A stretch of DNA of 64,000 nt from Octopus sinensis (lineage: Eukaryota). Shown piece by piece: positions 35,376 through 49,630 of this stretch. The stretch is taken from NCBI RefSeq assembly GCF_006345805.1, contig NC_043004.1, forward strand, positions 50,158,001-50,222,000. The letters run 5' to 3'. The translations under genes and the position numbers were made by a program. A model generated the notes under the pieces. It was given only the letters and a program-made list of their open reading frames with translations, did no database searches and was not told the DNA's origin. Position 1 is the first letter of the stretch; every line of letters starts with the position of its first letter.

Positions 35376-37875
35376 TGCAAACATCGATTTAACAATGACA
35401 AAATTCTTTTATTAAATCCTTCATTATTTTCAAAATCAATTGAAACAGATATTTTAAAAAAGAAACCTAGTGATAAAGATGTTAGCAACAACTACAGCAC
35501 TAAATGCACTTAACATCAAAGGTTACCCAAAAGGATATAAAGAGAACCATCCAAAGGTTTATTTGCTGCTTGGTGACTGTCCACAAAGCAGCTGGTTTCA
35601 GTCCCTTCTTCAAAAGCTGTACCACAGAAAGGTACAGCAATATCTGCTCATTGAACGGCCACCGCTCAGAACCGACGGACTTATTAAACTGATTGAGGTC
35701 TGGTTCGGCCCGGAACTGGGATGAGGCCACATACAGAACAACTAGTCTTACCTAGAAATAGGCCAAGAAGTAATCTCTAAAAGGTCGAACGGAAATGGAC
35801 TGGAGTGACTGCACTTTGGGATTCTTGTAGATGGAACGCATTCCTTCGAACGCTTTCCTTTGGTCAGGCGGTCCATCTTCATCTAGCACCATATGTACGG
35901 GGACCGTTGTATGCTACGGCTCTTCATGCACAGGAATATAATGAAGCCATGAAATCTGCGGAGGTTCCCCAGATAGTGAGTGGATAAGATTACCATCCGT
36001 AAGGCGCATCTTCCGCAGCTCGTCTTTTTAACGCAGCTACAGTCCTAGTTCATACATAACTATAGATTGGGGTACTAGCTTCTAGAATGTTGTCAGTCTA
36101 TCACTGCCTGCCACCAGTCGGACAATGGGATCGTAGAAGTTACACTTTAGCAATCCATAGACGACTAGCGATAATGAACAGCGATTACGTTTTCGGAGAA
36201 ACGTTCTGGGTGTCAATACGAATGAACCGGCTGGCCTGAAATTAGAAAGAATTATTATTGAACCGGCTGGCCTGAAATTAGAAAGAATTATTATTGCTGT
36301 TGTTGTGGCTGCGTTTTGAGTTGAGTGGACGTGTTCTAACACAGCTTCATGAAAGATTTTGATTTACTACATTGTACAGAATAAAAAGCATTTTTCCTGT
36401 CGGGTGGATTTAAGAACACTTCAGTTGGTTTGATGTAATTTGAAACATTCATTTCCTCGTATTTTTACTATGGCGCCGTTTTTCTGAGGGGGCAGTGAGA
36501 GGTGCTAGCCAGAAAACGCCCCAAAATTAGAAATTTGTGGAAACAACAGCACAGACTTAATGATTTTTTTTTTTTAAAGGCGAAAGAGAAGATGACATTT
36601 GAACAAGCAAACGCGGACAGCAGCACTTAAAAAGAAAACCAGACAAACATGACAATTCAACAAACGAACAGCTTCATAAATACAAACTCTCGTACATACA
36701 AGAGCAATGAATTTTGACAAGGAGAGTAATAACAACAGCTTTGCTAACATCGCGAGCCACGTTCATGAACCGGCTGGCCTGATCCTGGACTGGGGTTATA
36801 GATAACTTCCGGAAATCCTTCGCCTAGCAGAGAGAGAGAGAGAGAGAGACTTATTTTGCGTAATTCATCTTTATACTGTATATTACCCTATTTTTAATGT
36901 TATAATATATTGTCACGTTCACTTAAACCATACCTGACGCTTTTTATATAATTATATGTATATATCCTCACTTACCCTATGATCATTTTATAACAATATT
37001 TTATATGAATGAAACGGCCTGGGTAGCAAATAAATGAAAAAAATATTGATATTGTTATTATTATCGTTGTTGTTGCTGTTGTTGTTGTTGCTTGTTTGTT
37101 TATTTTTCACAAAATTTGGGTGACTTTTTCTGTTGTTTCTTTTGAAAGTAATTCAAAGAAAGGTGAACACTAATTTTATTCTTTTACTCGCTTTTTACGC
37201 GGGGGGGGAAATAATCAGACATTTCTGAACAGTCGTTTTGTGTGTGGTGTGTATATGTGTGTGTTAGCCGACATTCAACACAAATAACGTCGGCGAACAC
37301 GCCCTAATATAGACAAAAGCCTTGACTTTTCAGAAAGGCAAAGAGAACAAAGATATTGTTAAAGAAAACACTTTTTTAGAAAAAAAAAAAAAACATTTTT
37401 AGTAAAAATGTTTGTGATATTAACAACTCGTTTAGCAATAGCTACAACAATAACAATTTCAACGCACATATATTTATTGTTAAACAAAGACAATAACGAA
37501 AAAAAGACAGTAGCTTTAAATTTGCTCACGCTACATGTCATAGGCGACCACTGAATTATGTTTTAGAAGAAAACAGCAATAGGTTTTCTTTAAAGGTTCT
37601 AAGAACTGGCTTGAGAAAAAACAACAATTAAGGCATTGCCACTCACATGTAGACACAATCGTCATCAAAAGAATTTTGCCCAGATAGCTTCCAGCCAAAA
37701 ATGCTTCTAATGTGGACAGAACATAGTATGACTCATCCTCTGCCAAAGTTCATCCATAAACACTTAATTTTTTGACCAAAGAATTCATTCGTTGTGAACG
37801 AAGAAAAAAATATACCTTCATCTGGATGGGGTGCTTTCTGTGTCCTCGAAGGGCCAGTTAATAGACGCTCTAGAT

Positions 37876-38128
37876 CAGTGGTTCTCAACCAATTTTCACC
37901 TATGGGCCCCTTTGATTCCTATTTTACTCGGGTGGACCCTCATAACCATTCCATGTTTAAGAAATCCTATTATATTTTCATAAATAAATATTATTAGAAA
38001 TTGTATTTAAAAATTGTTAAAATATTTGGTGTTATAGAAGCATAATCAATTTATTGCACTTAAACTTTAGCAACAAAATCTTATATGGAGCTGCAAGAGT
38101 CGTATGGATCCCGGTTGTGAACTACTTT
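37876..38128. mobile_element. hAT (Charlie-like) MITE
   Basis: TIRs CAGTGGTTCTCAACC and GGTTGTGAACTACT, with an 8-bp duplication CTCTAGAT at 37868-37875 and 38129-38136. Confidence 0.85.
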
Positions 38129-38517
38129 CTCTAGATAATGTCTGGGCTTGCATCTTGTACATATAGAGGTGGGGGCACAATCTACAGTCTTATTTGCCTG
38201 ACCTTTAAAACCGACAATGAGGCACAATGACAGACAGACATGTCACGCAAAACACCCGCTCATAAGCTTGTGCTCCAGTCCATGGGGAAACGGAATACAA
38301 GGATAACAATCAGGAGTATAGTATGTGATAGTGACTCTTGGCTCATAGGCGCCTTTGTAGCTCGATGTAGTTGGGTAATAAGTACAAAAGTAAGAGTAAC
38401 GCTAGAATGCCATATGGTCACTATGGGCTTGAAAGTTCATATGATCCCTGAATATCAAACAGCCACTCACAAGATGACATGTATTACTGATAATCGGAAG
38501 TGACAACGTTCTTGCAT

Positions 38518-38559
<42 letters not shown>

Positions 38560-39507
38560 CTCTATCTCCCTTTCTCCCCTCTCTCTCTTTTTCCCTCTCT
38601 CTCCCTTTCTTTCTCTCTCTCTCTTTTTCTCTCTCTCCCTTTCTTTCTCTCTGTCTCTGTCTCTGTATGTCTGTCTGTCTCTCTCTCTCTCTCTATCTAT
38701 CTATCTAATCTATCTATCTATCTATCTATTTATTTATTTATCTATTTATCTATCTATCTCTATTTCTCTCACTCCCCCTCTCTCTCTTTCTCATACACAC
38801 AGTATTAGACTACGCGACCCACTCAGTCCAGACATATCAGCAACCAATCCAAAACACCACAATACCACCCTAACAATATTCCACCCACTCGACCATCTTG
38901 ACAACACTATAAACCCTCACCCTCACCCCCACCCCTAACTCAATCCAGACACAACAACCACCCTCAGAACTCAACATCAGCACCACCGTAAAAACGCTCT
39001 TCATTTAACTCTTTAGCTGTGAATTTAAATTTTATGATTATTCCGGTAATAATGTTAAATATCTACCAAAAAATAGAATTGGCATTTTCTGCAGGTCACG
39101 TTGCCTCGGTGAACTTGACGTATCTCAAAAGAAAATAGTTTCAAACATAACATTCCAAAACAAAAGACAGACTGGTATATAAAACTGTTTTCCTCAGTGG
39201 AAGGGGTAATGAAATTTTGAGAGGATATATCTGCTTTCCACAGGAAAAGGGTTGAATCTCATAATTTTCGTAGATTTGTCTCGAGTTTCTCGAAGAAATG
39301 GCAGCTGATAAAATTGAATATTTGGAGTCAGATTAGAAAAAAATAAATGTCTGGCATTGGTTAATTATTCCGACATTTAAAAGGAATGAAAGAATGAAAA
39401 ATATTTTTTATCTCATCGTGTTTTTCTATTTTTCTTTCTTTTTTTATTGTGGGTGGGGTCATTATTTGTCTCGTCGAGAAGTAACTTTTTTTATATATCA
39501 AAGCTTC

Positions 39508-39668
39508 AGGCGTAGCTGTGTAGAAAGAAGTTTGCTTCCCAACCACTTTGTTCGGAGTTCAGTCCCATTCTGTGACACATTCGGCAAATGTTTTCTACTA
39601 TAACCCTGGGCCGACCAAAGCCTTTGTGAGTGGATTTGGTAGACAGAAATTGGAAGATGCCCGTCGAG

Positions 39669-39715
<47 letters not shown>

Positions 39716-39895
39716 GTGTGCGTCATCCCCGCTTGACAACCAGTGTTGGTTTGTTTACATTCGCATACCTAGCGGTTCGGCAAAAAGACACTGATATAAT
39801 AAGGCTAAAACAAAGAATAAGTACGAGGGTCAATACTTCGACTAAAATCCGTCAAGACGGTACCTCTGCGTGGCAGCAGACGAAAACAAGGAAAA
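39508..39895 (+). mobile_element. SINE family B with internal (GATA)n
   Basis: Head and tail halves separated by (GATA)n at about 39669-39714. Confidence 0.8.
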
Positions 39896-39924
39896 GTGTA
39901 TGCGCGCGCGCGCGCGTGTGTGTA

Positions 39925-40205
39925 CCCTAGTGGTTATGGTTAGGATGCTTCACTCACGACCTTGTGATAGTGATTACGGTTTCCAAACCGGCGGTGCGTT
40001 GTGTTCTTGACCAAAACACTTCATTTCACATTGCTCCAGTACACGCACCTGTAAATTGGTAATCCTCCGACGGACTGGCGCTTCGTTCCGGGTGAGTGTT
40101 AGCCTGTCCGCCTGGCCAGCAGAGTTATATCATCCGAAAGCTAAAACAATGCCAAGCGCACTGTGACAAGCGGCATATAACAACATTCAATAGTCTAGTT
40201 GATAC
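39925..40205 (+). mobile_element. Old SINE with a CORE/V-like central domain
   Basis: GCGTTGTGTTCTTGACCAAAACACTTCATTTCACATTGCTCCAGT..C.CACCTGTAAA. Confidence 0.6.
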
Positions 40206-40369
40206 AGTGGGAAGGATCATTGGACGTTGCGACTCACAGATGGGATGACAGGGACGGAGACCCCTGGCGGTTTGCTGAGCTTGAGGAAATACACCAAGCT
40301 AAGTAAACGTGTGGCTGTCTTTGCATACAGCCTTGTCTCCTGCATCCCTCTTCAACTGGACATTCCTAA

Positions 40370-40734
<365 letters not shown>

Positions 40735-40761
40735 ATATATATATATATATATATATGTATA

Positions 40762-41120
40762 TGGAGGCACAATGGCCCAGTGGTTAGGGCAGTGGACTCG
40801 CGGTCGGAGGATCGTGGTTTCGATTCCCAGACCGGGCGTTGTGTATGTTTATTGAGCGCAAACACCTAAAAGCTCGTGGGAGACTCGTGGGAGTCTCCCG
40901 CATGGGGTGATGGTGACCCCTGTTGTACTCTTTCGCCACAAATTTCTCTCACTCTCTCTTCTTGCTTTGTTTATGTCACCATAACTTAGCTGTTCAACAA
41001 AAGAGGCTGATAGCGAAAGTACCATTACTTTAAAAAAATAAGTACTGGGATCAATTCATTTGACTAAAAAACTTCAAAGCCGGACTTTTTGGGCTGAAAC
41101 AAGCAAAGGGTAAGAGATAA
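40762..41120 (+). mobile_element. SINE family C head joined to a family B-type tail
   Basis: 40762-40960 matches the 44024 head; 40960-41120 matches the family B 3' half. Confidence 0.7.
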
Positions 41121-41121
41121 A

Positions 41122-41517
41122 AGGCGTGGTTGTGTGGCAAGAAGCTTGCTTCCCAACTGCATGGTTCTGGGTTCAGTTCCATTGCGTGGCACCTTGGGCA
41201 AGTGTCTTCTACCATAGCCTCCGACCAACCAAAGCCTTGTGATTGAATGTGGTAGACGGTAACTGAAAGAATCTCGTCGTATATATGCGTGTGTGTTTTG
41301 TGTGTGTGAGTGTGTATTTATGTGTGTGTGACTTTGTGTCTATGTTTGTACCCCCATCATCGCTTGGCAACCGATGTTGGTGTGTGTCTGTCCCCGTAAT
41401 ATAGTGGTTCAGCAAAAGAGACCAATAGAATAAGTACTAGGCTTACAAAGAATAAGTCATGAGTTCGATATCTTTGACTAAAAACCTTTTAAGGCGGTGC
41501 TCCAACAAGGCCGCAGA
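41122..41517 (+). mobile_element. SINE family B
   Basis: Family match. Confidence 0.88.
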
Positions 41518-41544
41518 TAGAAAGATAGATAGATAGATAGATAT

Positions 41545-41628
<84 letters not shown>

Positions 41629-41819
41629 ACGACGGGCTTCTTTCAGACTTTGATCGGCGTGAGGCTATAGTAGAAGATACATTCCCTAGGTTCCACGTAG
41701 TGGCACTGAAGCCGGAACTATGTGGTTAGGGAATATTTTGGAATGATATATGTTAAGTTTTGAAGATAATACTTGTAAATCGATTTGTTAAAACTGACGC
41801 AATACTTTTTTCCTTGTAC

Positions 41820-42179
41820 ATGCATGCATACATACATACATACTACATACATACATACATACATACATACATACATACATACTACAAACATACATACATA
41901 CATTCATACATACATACATACACACATACATACATACATACACACATACATACATACATACATACAAACATACATACATACAAACATACATACATACATC
42001 ATACATATAACATACATACATACATACATACATACATTACATACTACTACATACATACATACATACATACCACTACATACATACATACTACAATCATACA
42101 TACATACATACAACATACATACATACATAAATACATACATACATACATACATAAATACATACATACATACATACATACA

Positions 42180-42210
<31 letters not shown>

Positions 42211-42471
42211 CATACATACATACACACATACATACATACATATATACAAACATACATACATACATACATACAAACATACATACAAACATACATACATACA
42301 AACATACATACATACATTACATATATACATACATACATACACACATACATACATACATACATACATACATACATACATACATACACATATATACATACAT
42401 ACATACATACATACATACATACATACATACATACATACGTACATACATACATACATACATACATACATACA

Positions 42472-42505
<34 letters not shown>

Positions 42506-42600
42506 CACACATACATACAAACATACATACATACATACATACAAACATACATACATACATACAAACATACATACATACATACATACATACATACATACAT
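41820..42600. repeat. (TACA)n tract, about 780 bp
   Basis: Direct reading. Confidence 0.98.
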
Positions 42601-43014
42601 ACTCTTCACTCTCTTTTCTCTTTAACTTGTTTCAGTCATTTGACTGCGGCCATGCTGGAGCACCGCCTTTAGTCGAGCAAAAATCGACCCCGGGACTTAT
42701 TCTTTGTAAGCCCAGTACCTATTCTATCGGTCTCTTTTGCCGAACCGCTAAGTGACAGGGACGTAAACACACGAGCATCGGTTGTCAAGCTATGCTAGGG
42801 GACAAACACAGACACACAATCACACACACACACATATATATACATATATACGACAGACTTCTTTCAGTTTCCGTCTACCAAATCCACTCACAAGGCATTG
42901 GTCGGCCCGAGGCTATAGCAGAAGACATTTGCCCAAGATGCCACGCAGTGGGACTGAACCCGCAACCATGTGGTTGGTTAGCAAGCTACTTACCACACAG
43001 CCACTCCTGCGCCT
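42601..43014 (-). mobile_element. SINE family B, full length
   Basis: Family match. Confidence 0.93.
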
Positions 43015-43250
43015 ATACATACATACATACATACATACATACATACACACACACATACATACACACACACACATACATACATACATACATACATACATAC
43101 ATACATACATACATACATACATACATACACACATACATACATATATACAACTTGCTGGGAAATGTTTGCCAGCCATGAATAGTCAACCTTGCTGAGCTCC
43201 ACCAATGCATATATGATGTGTTTATATTTATGTGCGTATGCGTGTGTGTC

Positions 43251-43288
<38 letters not shown>

Positions 43289-43717
43289 TGTGTGTGAGTG
43301 AGTGTGCGTTTGAATGTCTGTGTGCGCACGTGTGTGCATATGTATACTCACATATATACATACTTGCATACTTATGCACACACACATACACACACACGTA
43401 AACAACCACATCGTTGTGGAGTGATGATAGCTGTTTAAATCACACAGGCATAAACAGATACATTCGGTTTTCATTTCCAGATATTATTATATTACAAAAT
43501 TATTATATCACAATAAAATGTCAAAATATTACATCAGTGATTTGGTCACTGACACAGTTTGAGTGCGTTTGTAGTAAAGTAATTTCTAACACGGATACAA
43601 GGCCAAAGCTTTGGCGGGAAGGCAACAACCGCTTTCACCGATTTCCGTTTATGAGTGATCATGTATCTATCTACTTTTCAATTAATCAACCAATCAATCA
43701 ATCAATCAATCAGTAAG

Positions 43718-43773
<56 letters not shown>

Positions 43774-43933
43774 TCTCTCTCTCTCTTTCTCTTCCTCTCT
43801 CACTCTCTCTTTCTTTCTCTCTTTCTCTTTCTCTCTCGCTTTTTCTCTTTCTCTGTGTTTGTCTATCTATTTGTCTGTCTTTCTGTCTGTATATTTGTCT
43901 GTCCGTTAGTCTTTCTCTGTGTGATTCAATCTA

Positions 43934-44023
<90 letters not shown>

Positions 44024-44408
44024 GCGTGGAGGCGCAATGGCCCAGTGGTTAGGGCAGCGGACTCACGGTCATAGGACCGTGGTTTCGATTCCCAGACTGG
44101 GCATTGTGAGTGTTTATTGAGCGAAAACACCTCAAACTCCACGACGCTCCGGCAGGGGATGGTGTCGAACCCTGCTGTACCCTTTCACCACAGCTTTCTC
44201 TCACTCTTACTTCTTGTTTCTGTTGTGCCTGTAATTCAAAGGGTTAGCTTTGTCGCACTCTGTGTCACGCTGAATATCCCCGAGAACTACGTTAAGGGTA
44301 CACGTGTCTGTGGAGTACTCAGCCACTTGCACGTTAATTTCATGAGCAGGTTGTTCCGTTGACCGGATCAACTGGAACCCTCGTCGTCGTAAGCGACGGA
44401 GTGCCACA
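44024..44408 (+). mobile_element. SINE family C, full length (tRNA-like head; tail resembling the cephalopod SINE domain)
   Basis: GGAGGCGCAATGGCCCAGTGGTTAGGGCAGCGGACT...GGTTTCGATTCCC, with tail GTTCCGTTGA.CGGATCAACTGGAAC.CTCGTCGTCG. Confidence 0.88.
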
Positions 44409-45971
44409 GCTATCTTTCTAATGCCAATAATAAATACGTATACATTGTCATAGGCATAATGACCTGCCTTAGATACAACAGGATTTGTTTCAACACACGA
44501 GTTCATATGATGAATCTTGAAAACCAAATACAAAAATGAAGTCTAACCTTCTATCTATGTGTGAAACTATCCATCTATATTATCTAACCATCTGTCTATT
44601 TATCTATCGATCTATTTGTCTAACTATCTATCTAACCATCTACTTCTCAGTCTAAAAATCTATCTACCTGTCAACCTTACCCTCTATCTATTTGTCTGTA
44701 TGTTGGTCTATCTGTCTACCTGTCTATATATTTATTTCAGAAGAAAAGCAAAACGCTGTAATTGAGTGGTGCCAACCATTTTGACCAATCGAAAACAAGG
44801 TGTTAGAAAATTATTTGTTTTATAACATAAATTTCAAGTATTTGTTTTCTCTGTTTTGTTTATTCTCAAAATTCACATCAGTTCACATAACCAAACCGAT
44901 AAAATTCAAACATCGGCGAAATTACTCCTACTCGCGTGATAATGTATGATTTGTCATCTGACATGTATTCATAATTTTAATTGTTCCTCTTCACTTGAGT
45001 TTATGCTCTGAAATCGAGGAACCGTTTTGCGCGCGCGCGCCCGTGTGTACGTGTATGTATAATGATTTCTAAGTTTAGCACAAGGGGATGAATGGGTAGC
45101 TAGTGTTGATCCTTCAGTAAGTTAATTTAGTCAAAAGTGAAAAGGACAGCAGCAGTAAATGATTTCAACGGAGATATTCGAGGCTGGTGAGATCGATGTT
45201 GAACTTCTATCGATTGATACTTACAGGAAAATTTTGATCATGTGTGGTAACTTTCAGATATGGTAAGGATATGGCAGAGTTTTTACTGAAACAGCGTCTG
45301 GGTGGTGATACAGTAAGGGAGACAGAATAAGCAGAAATGTGCGAGTAATGTGGACTTGTGTGACACTGGTGTATGTGGTAAGGGCAGCCAGTTCAAAGAA
45401 GCGGTGCGGTTATTGTAGCGATAAAAGAAGCAAAGAGAGGAAGCGACGTAACTATGACTCCTTCGTTCGAAGAACCAAAACATATACATTAAGTATGTGC
45501 AGTCGATAATGTTTACAACACTAGCGCTGCTTTTAATTTGTTATTGAATTTAATCTTACGCATGCATCTCGTCGCATACCAGCAAATAGATTTTACATCA
45601 TTTATATATAGTCACAGCCTGGCGATTCGATTCGTCTCCGGTTCAACTCAAGTGCGTGATACTGATAAGCCACAAAAAAAAAATGATGAAATATCGGTAT
45701 CCATCACTGCTGAATGGGATTGGAGGCGAGTTGTCTCGCCTGTCTATGACTTTCATGTGTTTCAACACCCTGCGTCATGAGGAAGTCGTCCCCCAGGTGC
45801 ACGCTTCTTCTAATTTTGACTCTATATCTTCTGGAGGAGTTACCTCAATCATTTATATATTAACCAAAATGAAGTAGATTGACAAAATTATTTTTTGAAC
45901 CTGTTGAAGACACACAAGATGTCGAAATATCGTTCACTAGATGACAATGGCACTCTTCTTTTAATTTTGAC

Positions 45972-46046
<75 letters not shown>

Positions 46047-46082
46047 TAGAAGAAGAAGAAGAAGAAGAAGAAGAAGAAGAAG
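45972..46082. repeat. (AAT)n followed by (GAA)n at the 5' junction of the R4-type LINE
   Basis: Direct reading. Confidence 0.98.
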
Positions 46083-46083
46083 A

Positions 46084-48418
46084 TTGTTCAAAAATATCCC
46101 GAAGCAATTCTTCCGAACGTAAGAAAGAGACAAGAGGGAAGATGTTGCTGCTCCTGATGCAAATCAAGCCAAGGAGTTCTGGAGTGGATTATGGGGAAAC
46201 AATTTGGTGCATAAAAGGGATGCAATGAGGATAGAAACTATCAAGACAGAATTACAAGGAGGCAAAAACAAAGGAATATTATCATAAGCATGGGTGATGT
46301 GAGAGAACAAGTGGGCAAAGCCTCCGAACCGGATGGGATTCATGGCTTCTAGCTGTAGAGATGCCACGCGGTACATGAAAGACTAGCAGCCCAATTGAAT
46401 GAGTATGTCCAGAAAGGTACAGTCACCGCATGGATGGTGACTGGGAGGACAACACTTTTAATGAAAGATAGCAGAAAGGGGAATATTGTGGGAAACTACC
46501 GTCCCATTGCATGCCTAAACATAATCTGGAAGATACTCAGTGGAATATGTGCGGCAAAGGCATACACTTTCCTGGCACATGCACAAATACTACCAAGGGA
46601 AGAAAAAGGATGTAGGAAGAGTTCTCAGGGTACCAAGGATCACCTGGTCATCGATAAAACAATTTTGAGGCATTGTAAAAAAACATCATACAAACATGTC
46701 TATGGCTTGGATTGACTTTAAGAAGGCAAGTGATATATTGCCTCATTCTTGGATCGTTGAATGCCGGCAGATGTTTGGTGTTGCTGACAACATCAAAATT
46801 TTTTTTATGCATAGCATGAAAGAGTGGAAAATCAAACTGTACTCAAGTAATGTATTCCTTGGAGAAGTTAGTATTAAAGGGAGAATCTTCCAAGGTGGCT
46901 TGTTTTCACCGTTACTTTTTGTAATTGCACTAATACCCATAACAATGACACTTAGGAAAGTTAAGATGGGTTACTGATGTGGGAAGGAAGACCCATCATT
47001 GAACCATCTGTTTATGGATGACCGTAAATTGTTTGGGAAATCTGAAAAACAGATAGATTCCTTAACCAAAACAGTCCAGAAGTGTGGTAGGGACATCGGT
47101 ATGGAATTTGGGATCACCAAATGCTCAGTATGAAAAGAGGAAAGAAAGCATCCGACTGCGGTTACCATCAAGAGAGTCCATGGGTGAACCCGACGGTAGT
47201 AGGTATGGATATTTAGGGATTTTGGAGCTGGATGACATTCTACACAGAGAAATGGAAGTCATGGTCAGTGAGGTGTATCAAAAAAAGGGTGAATATGGTG
47301 TTGAAATCCAACCTGAAGGCCAAACATTTGATTACCACAATGAATATCTGGGCAGGAAATATCAACAGTGAATAGAAGGACGAGAAAGTTGGTGACGATG
47401 CATGGGACGCTATACCCCAAAGCAAACGTAAACACACTGTATATGAAAAGAAAGAATGGTGGCAGAGGACTAATTAGTATAGACCATTGTATAAGGAGTG
47501 AAAGGAGAACGCTTGCCGAGTATTTGATAAATAGTGATGAAGACCTGCTGCAATATGCCGCGAAAGACTTGGGTGTAAATGCAGATGAAATGATGGGCAA
47601 GGAAGAGTTTAACCTAAGAGCTGAGGAGAAGAGAAATGGAGACCTTGAAATGAGAATGCATGGACAGTTTGAAAGGGATACACAAGAGCGAAGTGATTTG
47701 AAGCGTACCACCGAAAGCCTGATCATGGCTGCACAAGACCAGGCTCCCGCTACCAATTCAGTGAAGTATAACATCTATAAAACTTCTGACACCCAGAAAT
47801 GCAGACTCTGTGGAAAGAATATGGAAAATGTGACCCACTTGGTAAGTGGATGTGAGAGCCTTACACAAAATGAATACAAGCGCCGCCACGATAAAGTGTG
47901 TGCGTATCTTCATTGGCTCAGAGAACTGGTATGAGCGTGTACCAAGTAAAGTTAAGCAGGAGGATGGAAAAGTAATGATACTCTGGGACTATGATTTTCA
48001 GATGAATCGTGTAATCGAACACCATCGGCCGGAAATTGTCATATTGAATAAGAGAGACAAATACTGTCAGATCATTGATGTAGCCACAGCAAATTACATG
48101 AATATTGTGAGTAAAGAGGTTGAAAAATCACCAAGTACTCCTAATTGAAAGTGGAAATGGCATGACTGTATGGAATGCGAGAGGGTAATATAAAAGAGAG
48201 ACCAGTGGTGATCGGAGCGGTGGGCTCAATCCCATTGAGACTTCAAAACTTCTTAAGGTAACTGGAAATCTCATGCAAGATTGATGTCTTGCAAAAAGCA
48301 ACCTTATTGGGCACAGCGCACATCTTAAGGAAAGTATTATCTGTTTTAGGTCCTTGTTGTGACTTGACATATGACTAAAGATACCGGTGCATTTTTACCT
48401 ACACTGTGTTACGAAGGA
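46084..48418 (+). mobile_element. R4/Dong-clade non-LTR retrotransposon (RT, CCHC, restriction-like endonuclease), 5'-truncated and frameshifted
   Basis: Motifs: GRTTLLMK, NYRPIACL, KGCRKSSQGTKDHLVIDK, AWIDFKKA, IFQGGLFSPLLF, FMDD, CRLCGKNMENVTHLVSGC, RRHDKV, ILWDY...HHRPEIV...IIDVA, and a terminal KATLLGTAHILRKVL. Flanked by TAA-type repeats. Confidence 0.92.
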
Positions 48419-48504
48419 ATAATAATTATTATTATTATCATTATTATTATTATAATGATGATGATGATAATTTCTTTTATGAGCCACGGGACAATAGTAA
48501 TAAA

Positions 48505-48734
48505 AATAATAGTTTCAAATGTTGGCACAAGGCCAGCAAATTTGGGGGAGAGGGTAAGTCGTTTACATTGGTCCCATTGTTCAACTGGTACTTATTTTAT
48601 GGACCTCGAAAGGATGAAAGGTAAACTCGATCTCGGCAGAATTTGAACTCAGAACGTAAAGACGGGCGAAATGTCGATGTGAATTTTGCCTGACGTGCTA
48701 ACGATTCTGCCAACTCCCTCACCTACCCACTAGC

Positions 48735-48779
<45 letters not shown>

Positions 48780-48780
48780 C

Positions 48781-48853
<73 letters not shown>

Positions 48854-49020
48854 GTAATAATAATCTTTTCTACTATAGGTACAACGCCAGTCATTTCGGA
48901 GGAGAGGGTAAATCCATTACATCGACCCCAGTGATAAACTGGTACTTATTTTATCGACCTCGAAAGGATGAAAGGAAAAGTCGATCCCGGTGGCGTTTGA
49001 ACACAGAACGTAAAGACTTA
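48505..49020 (-). mobile_element. Two SINE family A copies (about 48505-48725 and 48865-49020) separated by (AAT)n
   Basis: Both carry ACTGGTACTTATTTTAT.GACCTCGAAAGGATGAAAGG. Confidence 0.8.
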
Positions 49021-49234
49021 GCCATATAGGCCAGGCCAGAAGATAAACAGAAAAATACAATGAAACGTTAAACAGGTCTCCTCAAAAGATATGTGGAGTG
49101 GGCGTATAATTTATAAAAAGACAAGAGAAGAGGTGAAGGACCTTACACAAATTGTAATTAGACTAATTAAAACTTCAAAAATTTACACGGGAATAATAAT
49201 AAAATATGATAGAACAGAATAATTTAGCAAGACA

Positions 49235-49630
49235 TCTTTATATATAAAAGTGAGGTTGTGTGCTGTCTGTCTCCTACGATTTAGATTCCTAAGTATTCCC
49301 ACATTTTGCGGTGCAGTTTAACCAAAACCGGGTATCTTATAGTCGTGATTCATATCGAGCCCTTCTGGGTATTAGCGCGCGTCTACGATGAGTCTACGAT
49401 TTAAAAAAAGATTTACCATCAATTTTTCCCATTTTTAATGCATTTTTGGCATATATAAGGGAAGTAACTCTCTAAAAATTTATTATTAAATCTCAGAACG
49501 TAAAAAGCTACAGTAACACCCCTCCTTTGTGGTTAGCCATATTGAGATGGCTATTATACTTTATATCTCTAAAAATGCTTATATAGTTATTTCCCTTACA
49601 AACCCGAGCAACGCCGGGCGATACTGCTAG
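49235..49630 (+). mobile_element. Non-autonomous Helitron
   Basis: A|TC 5' end, subterminal hairpin CCCGAGCAACGCCGGG, CTAG|T 3' end, no target duplication. Confidence 0.88.

Noticed and set aside
35504-35692. Integrase-like phrase VHKAAGFSPFF
   Set aside because: Too short, with no other LTR-element motifs nearby.
38800-39000. CCCTAA-like telomeric variants in CA-rich sequence
   Set aside because: Only isolated hexamers, with no array.
44024-44100. tRNA-like sequences (also the heads of SINE A and B)
   Set aside because: They continue into SINE bodies and lack a complete cloverleaf, so they are not tRNA genes.
45150-45520. Possible piggyBac C-terminal Cys motif (KKRCGYC)
   Set aside because: One short motif only, with no TTAA-bounded TIRs or catalytic motifs found.
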